64,000 bases of DNA, from positions 1-64,000 of IMG/VR virus record IMGVR_UViG_3300017706_001340; one strand, 5' to 3'. The notes beneath the pieces were generated by a model. The model searched no databases. It was not told the DNA's origin and worked only from the letters and a program-made list of their open reading frames with translations. The translations under genes were made by a program, and so were the position numbers. This DNA is from a virus. Positions 9,819-19,876 of this stretch are shown one piece after another (position 1 is the first letter of the stretch; each line of letters begins with the position of its first letter).

Positions 9819-10821
9819 GTTCCTTTAAATATGTGTATATATAATCAACATCAAAAGTGTTACAATTATTATCTACCAAAAAATCAATTAATTCTAAACA
9901 TTTATGTGGATCCAAGGTCATGTTAGTGATTAACTGAATGTAGGAAGGATGTATATTGTTATTGGCTGCTATGTGGTAGAGATTTGAGTAACCCCACTTG
10001 TGATTGGACTGTAGTTCATCAAAAAAGCATTTGCCTAGATTTGAAAAATTTAACTGATCTAGTCTGTTTTGAAATTTATTAAAATGGAGACATAAAGTTT
10101 CTAAATCTGTATTACCTGCACCTCTACCCATTCCCAACACCGTACCGTCTATATATTCAAATCCAAGATCCACTGCTAACAGTGAATTTGAAAACGCACA
10201 GCCCATATTGTCGTGCCCATGGAATCCCAAGCTAGTGTCAGTATTATCAGCTATATTTGAAAAGATATCAATAATCTTACTAGACGTAAGAGAACCATAT
10301 GAATCTGCAAAATATATTACCTGTAGGTCATAACAATCTAGTTTCTCAGTCACCTTACGTGTATCATCACCTGTTAAGAGAGAACATTTCATTATATTAA
10401 TGCATACTCTATAACCCTTGTCTAATACTTTTTGTATTGTATCCTCTAAGTGGTGATCAGTATAGTCATTGAAGTCACACGCAATACGAACAGTACTTAT
10501 AACACTGTTACAAGATTCAACGGGTAGTAGCTCATCAATTATATCAATACCATCGCTCTTTATATCTGCAAAGTCAATCATAATTGCATATGATTGATTA
10601 TCAAAAAAGTTAAACTCACTCAGAATGTTTTCATCTGTAAAAAAATATTTACCCTTGTAAACACTAGATTTCTTCCGATAACCCAGTTCTACTATATCGA
10701 CAAGCTCGGGACTTAAATTATATATTAAATTTTTAACAAGATTGTTATCAAAATTCCAATTAGTGTAATAACCACCATCACGCAACGTACAGTCTAATAT
10801 TTTAATACTATCATCAATCAT
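9811..10821 (-). CDS. DRE-TIM (HMGL-like) pyruvate aldolase, 4-hydroxy-2-oxovalerate aldolase-like
   Basis: 'LDCTLRDGGY', 'YFADSYG', 'GFHGHDN', 'GMGRGAGN', 'IHPSY'. Confidence 0.85.
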   Translation of the reverse strand: MIDDSIKILDCTLRDGGYYTNWNFDNNLVKNLIYNLSPELVDIVELGYRKKSSVYKGKYFFTDENILSEFNFFDNQSYAIMIDFADIKSDGIDIIDELLPVESCNSVISTVRIACDFNDYTDHHLEDTIQKVLDKGYRVCINIMKCSLLTGDDTRKVTEKLDCYDLQVIYFADSYGSLTSSKIIDIFSNIADNTDTSLGFHGHDNMGCAFSNSLLAVDLGFEYIDGTVLGMGRGAGNTDLETLCLHFNKFQNRLDQLNFSNLGKCFFDELQSNHKWGYSNLYHIAANNNIHPSYIQLITNMTLDPHKCLELIDFLVDNNCNTFDVDYIYTYLKEHE

Positions 10822-11491
10822 TACCTATACTTTCTCTTAAAATTGTCCAATGTTTTCCATAATTAAAATTTAGATCAATCATTTTAACAGAAATACACTT
10901 CAAATAACTTCTAAAAAAATCTTCTATATCGAACATACTTGTAGCTGTATATATATCACAAACATTATTCATCGTTCTAGATGTACATATATTGATTATA
11001 TCAATCGCGCGTGTATCATTTGAACCATACAAGAAATGACCGTCCTGAATGTGAGGAATATGTTTATTTGTATATAGAGGAGAATATAACATAATATCTG
11101 GCCGTATCTTCAACACAATATCATAAACAAAATTATTTTTCAATTCATGTACAACTTTAAGCTGATTCGATTTATATAGAGATTCAAACATTCTCGTAGA
11201 ACCAAACATGCTAATGTTATTGGACCCGATCGAATCCTCATCTGATCTGTATATAGGTTGTGTCTCTATAATATAATCAACAGGATTATAAATTTTATTC
11301 AATAGACTGTGATCAGTGTGTATCACTTTAGTATTATGTTCATTATGCCATGATGGAGTTTGTGACTCACACACATCCCACGTGTGTATAAACACATCTG
11401 AACCTAATGGATTAATAAAATGTTCAAATAACGCTGAGGCACACTGCTCAAAAGTCCTCATATGACCATATAATATAACCGCCGCTTTCAT
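10814..11491 (-). CDS. Putative glycosyltransferase-like protein
   Basis: 'AVILYGHMRTF...DVFIHTWD...YDIVLKIRPD', common in viral sugar islands; start set at MKAAV. Confidence 0.55.
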   Translation of the reverse strand: MKAAVILYGHMRTFEQCASALFEHFINPLGSDVFIHTWDVCESQTPSWHNEHNTKVIHTDHSLLNKIYNPVDYIIETQPIYRSDEDSIGSNNISMFGSTRMFESLYKSNQLKVVHELKNNFVYDIVLKIRPDIMLYSPLYTNKHIPHIQDGHFLYGSNDTRAIDIINICTSRTMNNVCDIYTATSMFDIEDFFRSYLKCISVKMIDLNFNYGKHWTILRESIGND

Positions 11492-12243
11492 GAAAACCAG
11501 TTTTGCCAAAAAATATAATCTTCATAATCTTCTGGTGTTCCGAGATTACCGTAAGGACAGTAGTTCGCCTTTACATTGAGACCATCCTTGATCATCTCAC
11601 CGTATATTTGTGTAACATAGAATTCACTATTAATAGAATTGTTTGTTTTTAAGATTACATCACTGTAATGTTTATATACGCTAGCGTCTCGAAAATAATA
11701 CGATCCACTCGAACCGCTACAGCCCGGACAATTATCAAAATCTATTGCATCAAAATTAAATTTTTCAATAACTTCCGTACATATATTATTTTCATCATGC
11801 TTAACAAAACAGTAATATTTATTGTGTCTCCAATGAGGATGCTTTAGATCATGAACATTTAGACCACCATCACAATCTACAAATGCAGAAGCCATATCTC
11901 TTAGACTTGTTTTCTGTAGTGAGTCTATATATGTAATTATTAGCGGTTGATCATCAGATATCTCGTCAATCATATTAGAGATGGAGTATAGTGGTCCTGA
12001 GTGGTTGGGCTTTATACTATGAATAGTGCCTTGTGTTAAATTTTCGATCTCTTCTTTAATTCTTGTGTGCTTAATATCTTCATCTCTACAGATAAAGTGA
12101 GTTTCATATTGGTTAAAATCTGGTATTAGCTCAACAAATTCCTGAAAAGAACTCTTACCATTAATATCTAGTAAGGACTTGTGAGGATAATTTTTTTCTG
12201 TAAATCTCCTGCTATTACCTGATAGTGTGACTATATGTATCAT
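11488..12243 (-). CDS. Sugar nucleotidyltransferase (GlmU/RmlA-like)
   Basis: 'SGNSRRF....PHKSLLDING', 'EK', 'EFYV', 'LGTPED'. Confidence 0.75.
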   Translation of the reverse strand: MIHIVTLSGNSRRFTEKNYPHKSLLDINGKSSFQEFVELIPDFNQYETHFICRDEDIKHTRIKEEIENLTQGTIHSIKPNHSGPLYSISNMIDEISDDQPLIITYIDSLQKTSLRDMASAFVDCDGGLNVHDLKHPHWRHNKYYCFVKHDENNICTEVIEKFNFDAIDFDNCPGCSGSSGSYYFRDASVYKHYSDVILKTNNSINSEFYVTQIYGEMIKDGLNVKANYCPYGNLGTPEDYEDYIFWQNWFS

Positions 12244-12686
12244 TACACAATATATTTAACATAATCCGAGCAAATGCCATGAGCAGAATTATAATCCTTA
12301 TATTTAAGGGTATCCTCTCTACATATAAGCGGGATTACGGACATACTATTATAATTCACTATATCATGGCACCAGACTAATCCATTACTTATCAATACAT
12401 AACGCTCAACATCATGAAAGAAGTAAACTAGATTAGTGTCACCTAAAACATCCAAGGAGTTAAAATCCTTTGCATGTATCCATAAATTCTCAGACCTGTC
12501 TTGCAACCACTTGAGATTAATATTATATTCCGGTTCGTCATGCCCTAGAAACAGATCTCCACCGCAAACCCTCAAATCAATCTCAACATCATACCCTTGT
12601 GATATAGCAAAATCTATATACTCAGGCTTATTCTCGCTGCTCGCTATAGGTCCACATATGTTACCCCTATGAGATATTTTAATCAT
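12243..12686 (-). CDS. Short glycerophosphodiester phosphodiesterase-like protein
   Basis: 'ISHRGN...EN.P.YI..AI..GYDVEID...LGHD...WIHAK...GICSD'. Confidence 0.75.
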   Translation of the reverse strand: MIKISHRGNICGPIASSENKPEYIDFAISQGYDVEIDLRVCGGDLFLGHDEPEYNINLKWLQDRSENLWIHAKDFNSLDVLGDTNLVYFFHDVERYVLISNGLVWCHDIVNYNSMSVIPLICREDTLKYKDYNSAHGICSDYVKYIV

Positions 12687-13354
12687 ACTAACACTTGATG
12701 TAGATCTTGTTTCTTAAAGCAACTGAGTGTTGAGTTTTTACTACAGTTTATAATCTCAATATCGTGTTGTTTGGCTTTATGTGACAGTTCAATCCAATTC
12801 GGTGTGTGATGTACTTCCGCATTTGGTAGGTTTATTCGATCCCCGGGTAGATAATACTCTTCAAACCAATGATCGTTTTCTTGCATTTTATCCTTAATAG
12901 TTACTTCATGACCGGTCGTACTACCTATGATTTTATTTTCGTAATTACAATCAACACCTAATAATATAATCTTTTGATAACCTAAACAAATTGCCACCTG
13001 TACCGCATTAACTCCAGAGTTACCACCATCATTAAAGTTCTTAAAATCTTCCACGCTACAATTCCACTTATTATTATTAACAAGAGTGACATTCGTGACC
13101 CTATCACTATCACTGACATGTCTTATAAAGAAAAATTGCTTTATCGGGTTAATATCTGTTGTCAGTTTCTTGAAACTATGTAAGTTAGATTTAGTAACCG
13201 TATAATCAAAGCAACCAAAGTACATTGGCCACCAATCTAATTTATAGTACATACGATATGCATTATTTAAACCGAATGTATGGTAACCGGTTAGGTCATT
13301 TAGATTGACATCTTTTAAAGATGGTCCGTTACCCATAATTATTGCTGTTTTCAT
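12683..13354 (-). CDS. DUF115/Maf-like (GT42-related) ulosonic-acid transferase-like protein
   Basis: 'IIMGNGPSL', 'FGLNN', 'NSG..AVQVA..LGY.KIILLGVD', 'IINCS'. Confidence 0.65.
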   Translation of the reverse strand: MKTAIIMGNGPSLKDVNLNDLTGYHTFGLNNAYRMYYKLDWWPMYFGCFDYTVTKSNLHSFKKLTTDINPIKQFFFIRHVSDSDRVTNVTLVNNNKWNCSVEDFKNFNDGGNSGVNAVQVAICLGYQKIILLGVDCNYENKIIGSTTGHEVTIKDKMQENDHWFEEYYLPGDRINLPNAEVHHTPNWIELSHKAKQHDIEIINCSKNSTLSCFKKQDLHQVLV

Positions 13355-14037
13355 TATAAATTTCTAAACTGCTCCATTGAATTGTTGAAACATGCATTAA
13401 CACCCTCTCCATCACCCCAAGATCCATGTGTAGTGAACTCGGTGTTGTACCAGTAAGTTTTGAATCTATTTATACAAGTTGTACCAAGCCAGTGATCGAT
13501 CGGTTGGGTCACTGGTGATCGATCATCAAACTCTTGTATCAGTTTATCGCATGTATTATTATTAATGATATAGAAATCTGTACCCTTGTTGTTACCAGTC
13601 CACGGAAACACTTGAACATCGGTCATGTCATAAAACAATCTACCATCAATCATCTGCTTTGGTACTGGTACCGGCTTCTGTTTATAGAAAGGGAACACAC
13701 CACAATACATAATATCAGCATCCACCGGCATGTTTTCATTGATGATACACATATGTTCATCAAAATCATCGTGAAACACGCAATCATCTTCCATCACAAC
13801 ACCATAGGGCTCTCCGGATGATAAAATGGTGTTGTAGCAGTGAATGTGCTTGAGAAACAAGCTGATTTCTGCATCTGATATCTTCATGAACTTGTCGCGC
13901 TGTTGTTGAGTCAGTTCCTCACGATCATGATCATGTACAAAGTTCAAGGTAATATCACTCTGTAAATTGGTGGCTTGTTTGATGAACTGTATTTTACGTT
14001 CATCTAATGGTGTGTAGTGGCAGATGTTGAAAATCAT
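13354..14037 (-). CDS. GT25-family glycosyltransferase
   Basis: 'ER...F', 'EISLFLKH', 'VMEDD', 'YII', 'PIDHW'. Confidence 0.75.
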   Translation of the reverse strand: MIFNICHYTPLDERKIQFIKQATNLQSDITLNFVHDHDREELTQQQRDKFMKISDAEISLFLKHIHCYNTILSSGEPYGVVMEDDCVFHDDFDEHMCIINENMPVDADIMYCGVFPFYKQKPVPVPKQMIDGRLFYDMTDVQVFPWTGNNKGTDFYIINNNTCDKLIQEFDDRSPVTQPIDHWLGTTCINRFKTYWYNTEFTTHGSWGDGEGVNACFNNSMEQFRNL

Positions 14038-14780
14038 TTTTTGCGAATGTGTTCTGACTCGGTGTCAACAATTAATTGCGGACAAATATATAGTTTGCCG
14101 CCCTGATCGGTTATACTTTTATTGAACGATACATGCTCACATTGTTCTCCATATGCTTCATTCCATCCACAATAAGCTGGTTGTATATAGTTCATCTTGT
14201 ATATAGCAGCACCATTGAATGCAGAGTAAACCGGAATTAAATCGGTGGTTTCGATGCTTATTTGATTCGCTGTGACAACTTCATTCACATCCCGACCTTT
14301 GAATCTTGATTCATGCCAACAATCATAATCAACCTTTCCGAACTGGTCATTGTCACAACGTAACGCCCATATGTCATAATAAGGCTTACTAATTGCAAGC
14401 AATCCAGCCCAATCAACATCTCTATATGTGGAAATCGCATCAGAAACACCATCAATCACCAAAGAACTTGCTGGTCCATCAAAGTCAACCATCAACACAT
14501 AATCATAACAACTGTATTTGTCCATGATCTTTCTAGCCAGAGTGTTTCTCGCATGCGCAATAGCGACCGTCCTGGTGACTTTATTTTTGATATGTTCACT
14601 TATCAATTTGATGTCACGCGATTGTATCAACTCCACGGTGTTATCAACAGAGTCGTTCTCATAAATCAATATCTCTGTATCGAAATATTTTTCTAGTTTC
14701 TTTAGGTTCTGATAGGCTGACAAGATATATCTTGCACCATTCTTAACTGTACCACAAACCAATATTTTTTCTCTAATCAT
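14034..14780 (-). CDS. GT-A glycosyltransferase (CAP59/GT2-like)
   Basis: 'IYENDSVDNT', 'IAHARN', 'VDFD', 'YDIWALR', 'SAFNG', 'CEHV'. Confidence 0.75.
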   Translation of the reverse strand: MIREKILVCGTVKNGARYILSAYQNLKKLEKYFDTEILIYENDSVDNTVELIQSRDIKLISEHIKNKVTRTVAIAHARNTLARKIMDKYSCYDYVLMVDFDGPASSLVIDGVSDAISTYRDVDWAGLLAISKPYYDIWALRCDNDQFGKVDYDCWHESRFKGRDVNEVVTANQISIETTDLIPVYSAFNGAAIYKMNYIQPAYCGWNEAYGEQCEHVSFNKSITDQGGKLYICPQLIVDTESEHIRKK

Positions 14781-15589
14781 TTCGAATAGCCTGTAAAAAA
14801 TGTGGATTCATATCGATCTTCATCTTCTGGTATGTTCATGAACGCTCCGGCTGGAGTTCTCCGGAGCAACACACTCTTTAGATACTTGTCAAATATATTG
14901 AACGTTAGTCTATTCAGTGGTTTATTCGCGATCTTATGGTTGTAGACTCTCTCGGGCGCTTGTGTGTCCGTTTGCCATGTAGGTGCATGTTGAATATGAA
15001 AGCAATATGGTGGAAATTTGTTACCAATCTTATGTCCACCTGCAAATAGCTTCACTATCATCGCGTAGCATTGATCCCAACATGGTTGACCCACAAGAAA
15101 ATCGTCAAACAGGTCATTGTTCCGCAAATACCAGTCACGTTTGAACACAAACACATCAAATCCTGCAATCTCGTATCTCAACGCTGTCACCTTCTTGTCT
15201 ATCACCTGTTGAAATGACGTTACATCAGCAATATCGACCCGTGAGCAACAAAAACTGTCTGGATTGTTGTTCATGATGTATTTTATTATGTTTGGATTGA
15301 GTATCACATCACTGTTAACATAGATAAAGTAATCACATTCGATCTGTGACAAATGATTGAGTATGTCATTCACGAAAGGTAGCTGTTTGGTTGAACCTGA
15401 TATAACATCCTTGCTGCTTCTGGTCAACACGTCATGACATTTGACATCATACTTCGATATCATGTTGTTGAACTGAACATCAACAAAATCGACACAATCG
15501 AATTGCTTGGTAAGGTACACAAATGAATCGACACTTATATTCTGTCTGTTGTATCGACCAAAAGTATTTGTACCTATAACAATCTTCAC
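14777..15589 (-). CDS. Putative GT-A glycosyltransferase
   Basis: 'LPFVNDIL', 'YVNSDV' (DXD-like), 'GFDVFVF', 'GQPCWD', 'FHIQH'. Confidence 0.6.
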   Translation of the reverse strand: MKIVIGTNTFGRYNRQNISVDSFVYLTKQFDCVDFVDVQFNNMISKYDVKCHDVLTRSSKDVISGSTKQLPFVNDILNHLSQIECDYFIYVNSDVILNPNIIKYIMNNNPDSFCCSRVDIADVTSFQQVIDKKVTALRYEIAGFDVFVFKRDWYLRNNDLFDDFLVGQPCWDQCYAMIVKLFAGGHKIGNKFPPYCFHIQHAPTWQTDTQAPERVYNHKIANKPLNRLTFNIFDKYLKSVLLRRTPAGAFMNIPEDEDRYESTFFTGYSK

Positions 15590-16365
15590 GGTTTGATACT
15601 TTTTAGATACTCAACAACTTGTTCTTTTGTGTCGTTGATCTGCTCAGTACTACACACATTAACTCCGTAGCGCTCATGAAACAATTTGACACCATGTACA
15701 AAATTATCATGCCATTCCTCTTCATTTCTTATCTTGCTCTCCACCAATGATGGATCTTGATCACCAATCAACTTGTCACTCTCCGCAACATCAGCAAACC
15801 ATCTGAAGGGTGGGTGATGACCAGCGTTGATCACTCGCATGGTGTGATCCACATGCTCCATTGCATTTCTGTACTCATCATCCATCAAACCACACTCATC
15901 TATAACACTCTTGTGGTAATAACTCAGCGCACCGGTGACATTATGATACAACGCCATTTTGATATCCTTATAATCAATCACAAGCTTTGGAGCGGCTAGA
16001 TCAAGTCTCTTGTTAGCATCACCATGCAAACAAAAATTCAGATGCTTCACGCCACTAGCATCAGACAGCTTGATGTATTGATCAATCACATCATCAGTTA
16101 AAAACACTATATCATCTTCAACTAAAAACAAGTGTTCACATCCCAGATCAATCAATCGTCGTAGAGCTATGTTCTTGGATTCACCCACACCCACATTGGT
16201 TTCATTATGTATGGTGACATAATCACCACTCGGTACACTCTCCACGCCGTCATTCACGACAACGATGTGATCGATTTTATCTTTATGTGAATCGTGAATA
16301 GACTTGAAACATGACTCAAACATGGGCACCCTATCACACGTGATTATTGCAATTCCAATTGACAT
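15586..16365 (-). CDS. GT2-family glycosyltransferase
   Basis: Start MSIGIAIITCDR at 16365 (TATAAT 6 nt upstream); 'VVVNDG', 'N.GVG.SKN', 'LVEDD', 'EHVD'. Confidence 0.8.
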   Translation of the reverse strand: MSIGIAIITCDRVPMFESCFKSIHDSHKDKIDHIVVVNDGVESVPSGDYVTIHNETNVGVGESKNIALRRLIDLGCEHLFLVEDDIVFLTDDVIDQYIKLSDASGVKHLNFCLHGDANKRLDLAAPKLVIDYKDIKMALYHNVTGALSYYHKSVIDECGLMDDEYRNAMEHVDHTMRVINAGHHPPFRWFADVAESDKLIGDQDPSLVESKIRNEEEWHDNFVHGVKLFHERYGVNVCSTEQINDTKEQVVEYLKSIKP

Positions 16366-16371
16366 ACATAT

Positions 16372-16406
16372 ATTATAGTAAACAAACCCCATAAAATCCA
16401 TAAATA
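16372..16406. promoter_or_regulatory. Divergent promoters: sigma70 -10 (minus) and late TAAATA (plus)
   Basis: TATAAT (16372-16377, minus) is 6 nt from the GT2 ATG; TAAATA (16401-16406) is 6 nt from the phoH ATG. Confidence 0.65.
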
Positions 16407-16412
16407 TTACAA

Positions 16413-17171
16413 ATGACAAAACGTAGAGCTTCCTACAAGCGTTCCAATTCAAAAACTCGTAAGGATTCAGATATTGAAGACATACCCGAGATCGTAACAC
16501 GTAACACTATGGAGAGAAATTTCAAAATTGACTCCAAGTTTAAACTGACAGACACACACAAGAGTTTTGTTGAGTTATGTTTCAATAGTGAAACAAAGAT
16601 AGCATTCGTGGACGGACCGGCCGGTACAGCCAAAACATACTGTGCTGCTTATGCTGCGTTACATATGCTCAAATCACATAGGGTGGACGAGGTTGTGTAC
16701 ATTCGAAGCATTATAGAGAGTGCTAGCAAGAGCATGGGCGCCCTCCCGGGAGAAGTTGATGATAAATTTTTACCATGGACATTACCATTGCAAGAGAAAC
16801 TAAGTGAATTGATATCAAGCTCCACGATAAACACACTGTTCTCTACAAATACTGTCAAAGCAATACCAGTCAATTACGTACGTGGTTTGACGTTTAAAGA
16901 CAGTATGGTTATTGTTGACGAGGCTCAGAACTTAACCAAGAGTGAATTGATCACCATTCTCACACGCTTTGGTGAAGATAGTAAGATGCTAGTCATAGGA
17001 GACGCGTTGCAGAGTGACATAAATGGAAAATCTGGATTTGAAGAGATATACAACAAGTTCAATGATAGGGATAGTGAGGACAATGGCGTTTTTTGCTTCA
17101 AATTCACAGAAGATGACATACTTCGCAGTGAAATGCTCAAATTTATAGTAAAGAAGCTAGGACAGAAATAA
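16413..17171 (+). CDS. phoH: PhoH-like ATPase
   Basis: 'GPAGTAKT', 'G.LPG', 'YVRGLT', 'IVDEAQN', 'TRFG', 'GD..QSD'. Confidence 0.95.
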   Translation: MTKRRASYKRSNSKTRKDSDIEDIPEIVTRNTMERNFKIDSKFKLTDTHKSFVELCFNSETKIAFVDGPAGTAKTYCAAYAALHMLKSHRVDEVVYIRSIIESASKSMGALPGEVDDKFLPWTLPLQEKLSELISSSTINTLFSTNTVKAIPVNYVRGLTFKDSMVIVDEAQNLTKSELITILTRFGEDSKMLVIGDALQSDINGKSGFEEIYNKFNDRDSEDNGVFCFKFTEDDILRSEMLKFIVKKLGQK

Positions 17172-17179
17172 GTACATGT

Positions 17180-17464
17180 ATGATCAACCAATTTGATACA
17201 CTAGTCAACGAGATACTCAAGAAAGATCTAAATGTTGGTGATAAAGTCAAAAATATCAACCCTGATTGTGAGCATTATGGTTCTGAGGGTGTGGTGAAGA
17301 AGTTGACTAGAAGACCAGAAGAGAAGAGCGGTGATGTTAAGAATAAACACAATATACCAGGAAGTGATGCTGAATATGAGGTTACAAACGATACAGCCAA
17401 CGCTGACGCTGGGGATAAGCTTAAAAAAAGCTTGGATCAGCTCAAGATTAAATCAAAAACTTAA
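17180..17464 (+). CDS. Hypothetical late protein (KOW/SH3-like)
   Basis: 'LNVGDKVK......YGSEGVV'; TAAGTA 5 nt upstream; leader MINQFDTLVNE. Confidence 0.6.
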   Translation: MINQFDTLVNEILKKDLNVGDKVKNINPDCEHYGSEGVVKKLTRRPEEKSGDVKNKHNIPGSDAEYEVTNDTANADAGDKLKKSLDQLKIKSKT

Positions 17465-17702
17465 GAGCTTTTTGAAACTCCTTTAAAACCCGTCCAGGAT
17501 CCCTAGCTTCTCTACTTAAAACTTGCTGCCCGTCATCATCTTCAGTGTAAAGTGGATCGACTTGTGATTGAAACTCGCGCTTGAAGCTCTCAACAAACTC
17601 TTCACTCAACTCTAACTTTCTAGGAAAGCGTTCACGTACAACTGTTTTGTATAATCCGAAATTTTCGGATATACTCTCTAATGAATCATTAAATTTTTTC
17701 AT
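17448..17702 (-). CDS. Hypothetical late protein
   Basis: TATAAATA at 17713-17720; leader MKKFNDSLESISE. Confidence 0.65.
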   Translation of the reverse strand: MKKFNDSLESISENFGLYKTVVRERFPRKLELSEEFVESFKREFQSQVDPLYTEDDDGQQVLSREARDPGRVLKEFQKALKFLI

Positions 17703-17711
17703 ATAACAACA

Positions 17712-18416
17712 CTATTTATACATCTTCAACTCATCTTCCGAGTTATCCGCGTCACTAACAACTGGCATGCCGAATTGATCATACAGCGTGCTAGTGTCAA
17801 CGAGTGTTTCGTCTTCTCCGTACATACCACCTTTTTCATTGACGTAAAACTCAATCATCTTGATTCTTTCATCTGTTGAACCAAAGATCTCAATCAAAGC
17901 ACTTCGATCTTCCTTTGGAAAGAATCTTTCATCTTCCTTGCTCCAATTAGTGTACATCGCTTTGAAAAAATTGTCAATTTCAGATATGAATTCAGCATCT
18001 GTCTCTCTCTTGCCGTCATCCTCTATTTGCTCATCAGTCACATTCGTGATCGGGATGATAAAAATTATATCCAACAATTTCATCGATTCTCTAACAACCG
18101 GTATACACTTCTCTACAAACAATTCATCAATATCTCCGATGCCTTTGTGATATGCCCATAATGTGTACACGATATTATCCAACGGACACCTATCAAATAT
18201 CACATGATCACTTGCTGAATAATTCTCCATTTGATCAATCATGTGATTCAGGATATTCCATTGTGTCTCTTTGGTGGTCTTCATACTATGAGATTGCTCT
18301 GGAAGTTTGACACGATATGACTCCTCAGGAGTTTTATACATCTCCCAGTTGGTCAAGAAAGCATTCAATAATGTTGTTTTGCCTTGTGCAGCAGTACCGG
18401 AAATAGATAGTCTCAT
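17712..18416 (-). CDS. P-loop nucleotide kinase-like protein (AAA_28/dNMP kinase-like)
   Basis: 'ISGTAAQGKTT', 'FDRCPLD', 'DDGKR'. Confidence 0.75.
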   Translation of the reverse strand: MRLSISGTAAQGKTTLLNAFLTNWEMYKTPEESYRVKLPEQSHSMKTTKETQWNILNHMIDQMENYSASDHVIFDRCPLDNIVYTLWAYHKGIGDIDELFVEKCIPVVRESMKLLDIIFIIPITNVTDEQIEDDGKRETDAEFISEIDNFFKAMYTNWSKEDERFFPKEDRSALIEIFGSTDERIKMIEFYVNEKGGMYGEDETLVDTSTLYDQFGMPVVSDADNSEDELKMYK

Positions 18417-18449
18417 ACTATTATTTACATATTAATCAGCATGTATCAA

Positions 18450-19232
18450 CTACACACCTGTGAGCTTGTCCCAAGCACTGACATGTAACCTGGTCAAACC
18501 AATATAACCATATTTTTTCGCCATATCTAAACTGAATTTGGTTCTCTCGTGAAAATCTTTCTGACTATCCAGACCTGGCATCATCATCACTCGATCATGT
18601 GGAATGTTGAATTTGTTTACAAAATCACGCTCTATTTCCTCCAGACACTCCTCAGTACTGATCACAAACTTGAACCAATAGTTCTTATGACTCATCATTT
18701 TCTCAATTGCCGCCGGATTGATTCTGCGTTGTGCTTCCATTCCACTATTTGCTAGCTTGACACTACAGTTTATCTGATCAAGCATATCAAACAATTCATC
18801 TTGAATCACTATAGTACCGTTAGTTTCGATCTCATCAAATGTATTGAGTTCGATATCATGTTCATCTTTCACGTATTGCTCGAGATGCTTGCTGAACGCC
18901 GGGATCGCGCGTTGATGTTTAGGTATTGTAGGTTCTCCACCTGTCCAGATCAAGTGTATTCTACCCTCGTATATCCACTTGTCTATCTCTTCATGTTCCC
19001 ATTGTTGAATGAGTTTATAAAAAGGTTTCTCTAAACCTCGCTTCCATACAGCTTCAGTATCACACCACCAGGTTGCCTTTCCTTCCTTGACAAGAGAACC
19101 ATTAGCTCCTCCGCACATCAAGTTACACGCTTTGAGTCTTATAAAATATGCTGGATACCCGGTTGTGTGTCCTTCGCATTGCACAGAGTAGAAACTCTCT
19201 GAAATATCTAGTGTTGTTGGTTGTTTGTCCAT
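18450..19232 (-). CDS. queE: 7-carboxy-7-deazaguanine synthase (radical SAM)
   Basis: 'SE.FYSVQCEG..G.PA.FIRL..CNL.C...CDT', 'TGGEP', 'EIETNG', 'KFV', 'RLHV'. Confidence 0.9.
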   Translation of the reverse strand: MDKQPTTLDISESFYSVQCEGHTTGYPAYFIRLKACNLMCGGANGSLVKEGKATWWCDTEAVWKRGLEKPFYKLIQQWEHEEIDKWIYEGRIHLIWTGGEPTIPKHQRAIPAFSKHLEQYVKDEHDIELNTFDEIETNGTIVIQDELFDMLDQINCSVKLANSGMEAQRRINPAAIEKMMSHKNYWFKFVISTEECLEEIERDFVNKFNIPHDRVMMMPGLDSQKDFHERTKFSLDMAKKYGYIGLTRLHVSAWDKLTGV

Positions 19233-19840
19233 TATAGTCCCCATGTGTTGGTGGATTTAGGGTCCACCCATTTGTTTGTTAGTTTTGTTTTGTTTGTGTT
19301 CACTTGCACTCCATCATTTACTGGAGGATTTTCTTTGATAGCCTCATTGCCTTGGTCCCATTGTTGAGTGATTTTATCCGCAACATCCTTGAGATAATCA
19401 TGTTGTGGTTTCACCTCATAAATCGCTGAGTTGTTTTCATGTTCGAATACCTCCACTTTGGTGCAATTACACCTCCCATCAGTCAATTCATCAACATAAT
19501 TATCTGCAACCGTGTGACAATACTCAGCAAACTTCTCGATACCCACACCATTCATAATTCTCAAATCACACACTCCTTTCTCATTTAACTTCTTGAAAGA
19601 ATCCAACTCAGAGTCGGACTCAGAGATACATGTTGTGTGATCGAATTGCTTTTGCATCAACATCTTGAGACCTTTAAGACCACCGAAATCGACAACCCAA
19701 TTGTTATTATCTAGGCTTCGTGCAGTGAACCAAAACTTGGCAGTTAATCTATAACCATGAAGAAACTTACAATGTGAATCTGCTTGAGGTTGTCTGAACG
19801 CGCAGCTACCTAATTCTATTATCTTTGTACTGGTAAACAT
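19232..19840 (-). CDS. queD: 6-carboxy-5,6,7,8-tetrahydropterin synthase
   Basis: 'CAFRQ..ADSHCKFLHGY', 'WVVDFGGLK', 'FDHT', 'EHENNSA'. Confidence 0.9.
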   Translation of the reverse strand: MFTSTKIIELGSCAFRQPQADSHCKFLHGYRLTAKFWFTARSLDNNNWVVDFGGLKGLKMLMQKQFDHTTCISESDSELDSFKKLNEKGVCDLRIMNGVGIEKFAEYCHTVADNYVDELTDGRCNCTKVEVFEHENNSAIYEVKPQHDYLKDVADKITQQWDQGNEAIKENPPVNDGVQVNTNKTKLTNKWVDPKSTNTWGL

Positions 19841-19846
19841 AGATAT

Positions 19847-19876
19847 ATTATAAACTATATCTTGCTATTTATCCAA
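19847..19876 (-). promoter_or_regulatory. sigma70-type promoter of queD-queE
   Basis: TTGGAT-N18-TATAAT, 6 nt to ATG 19840. Confidence 0.65.

Noticed and set aside
15586-16500. Long N-terminal extensions given by the ORF track (also 23542, 29274, 34405, 38588, 41692, 50731, 53414)
   Set aside because: They overlap neighbouring genes or promoters; downstream ATGs next to promoter motifs or homology starts fit better.
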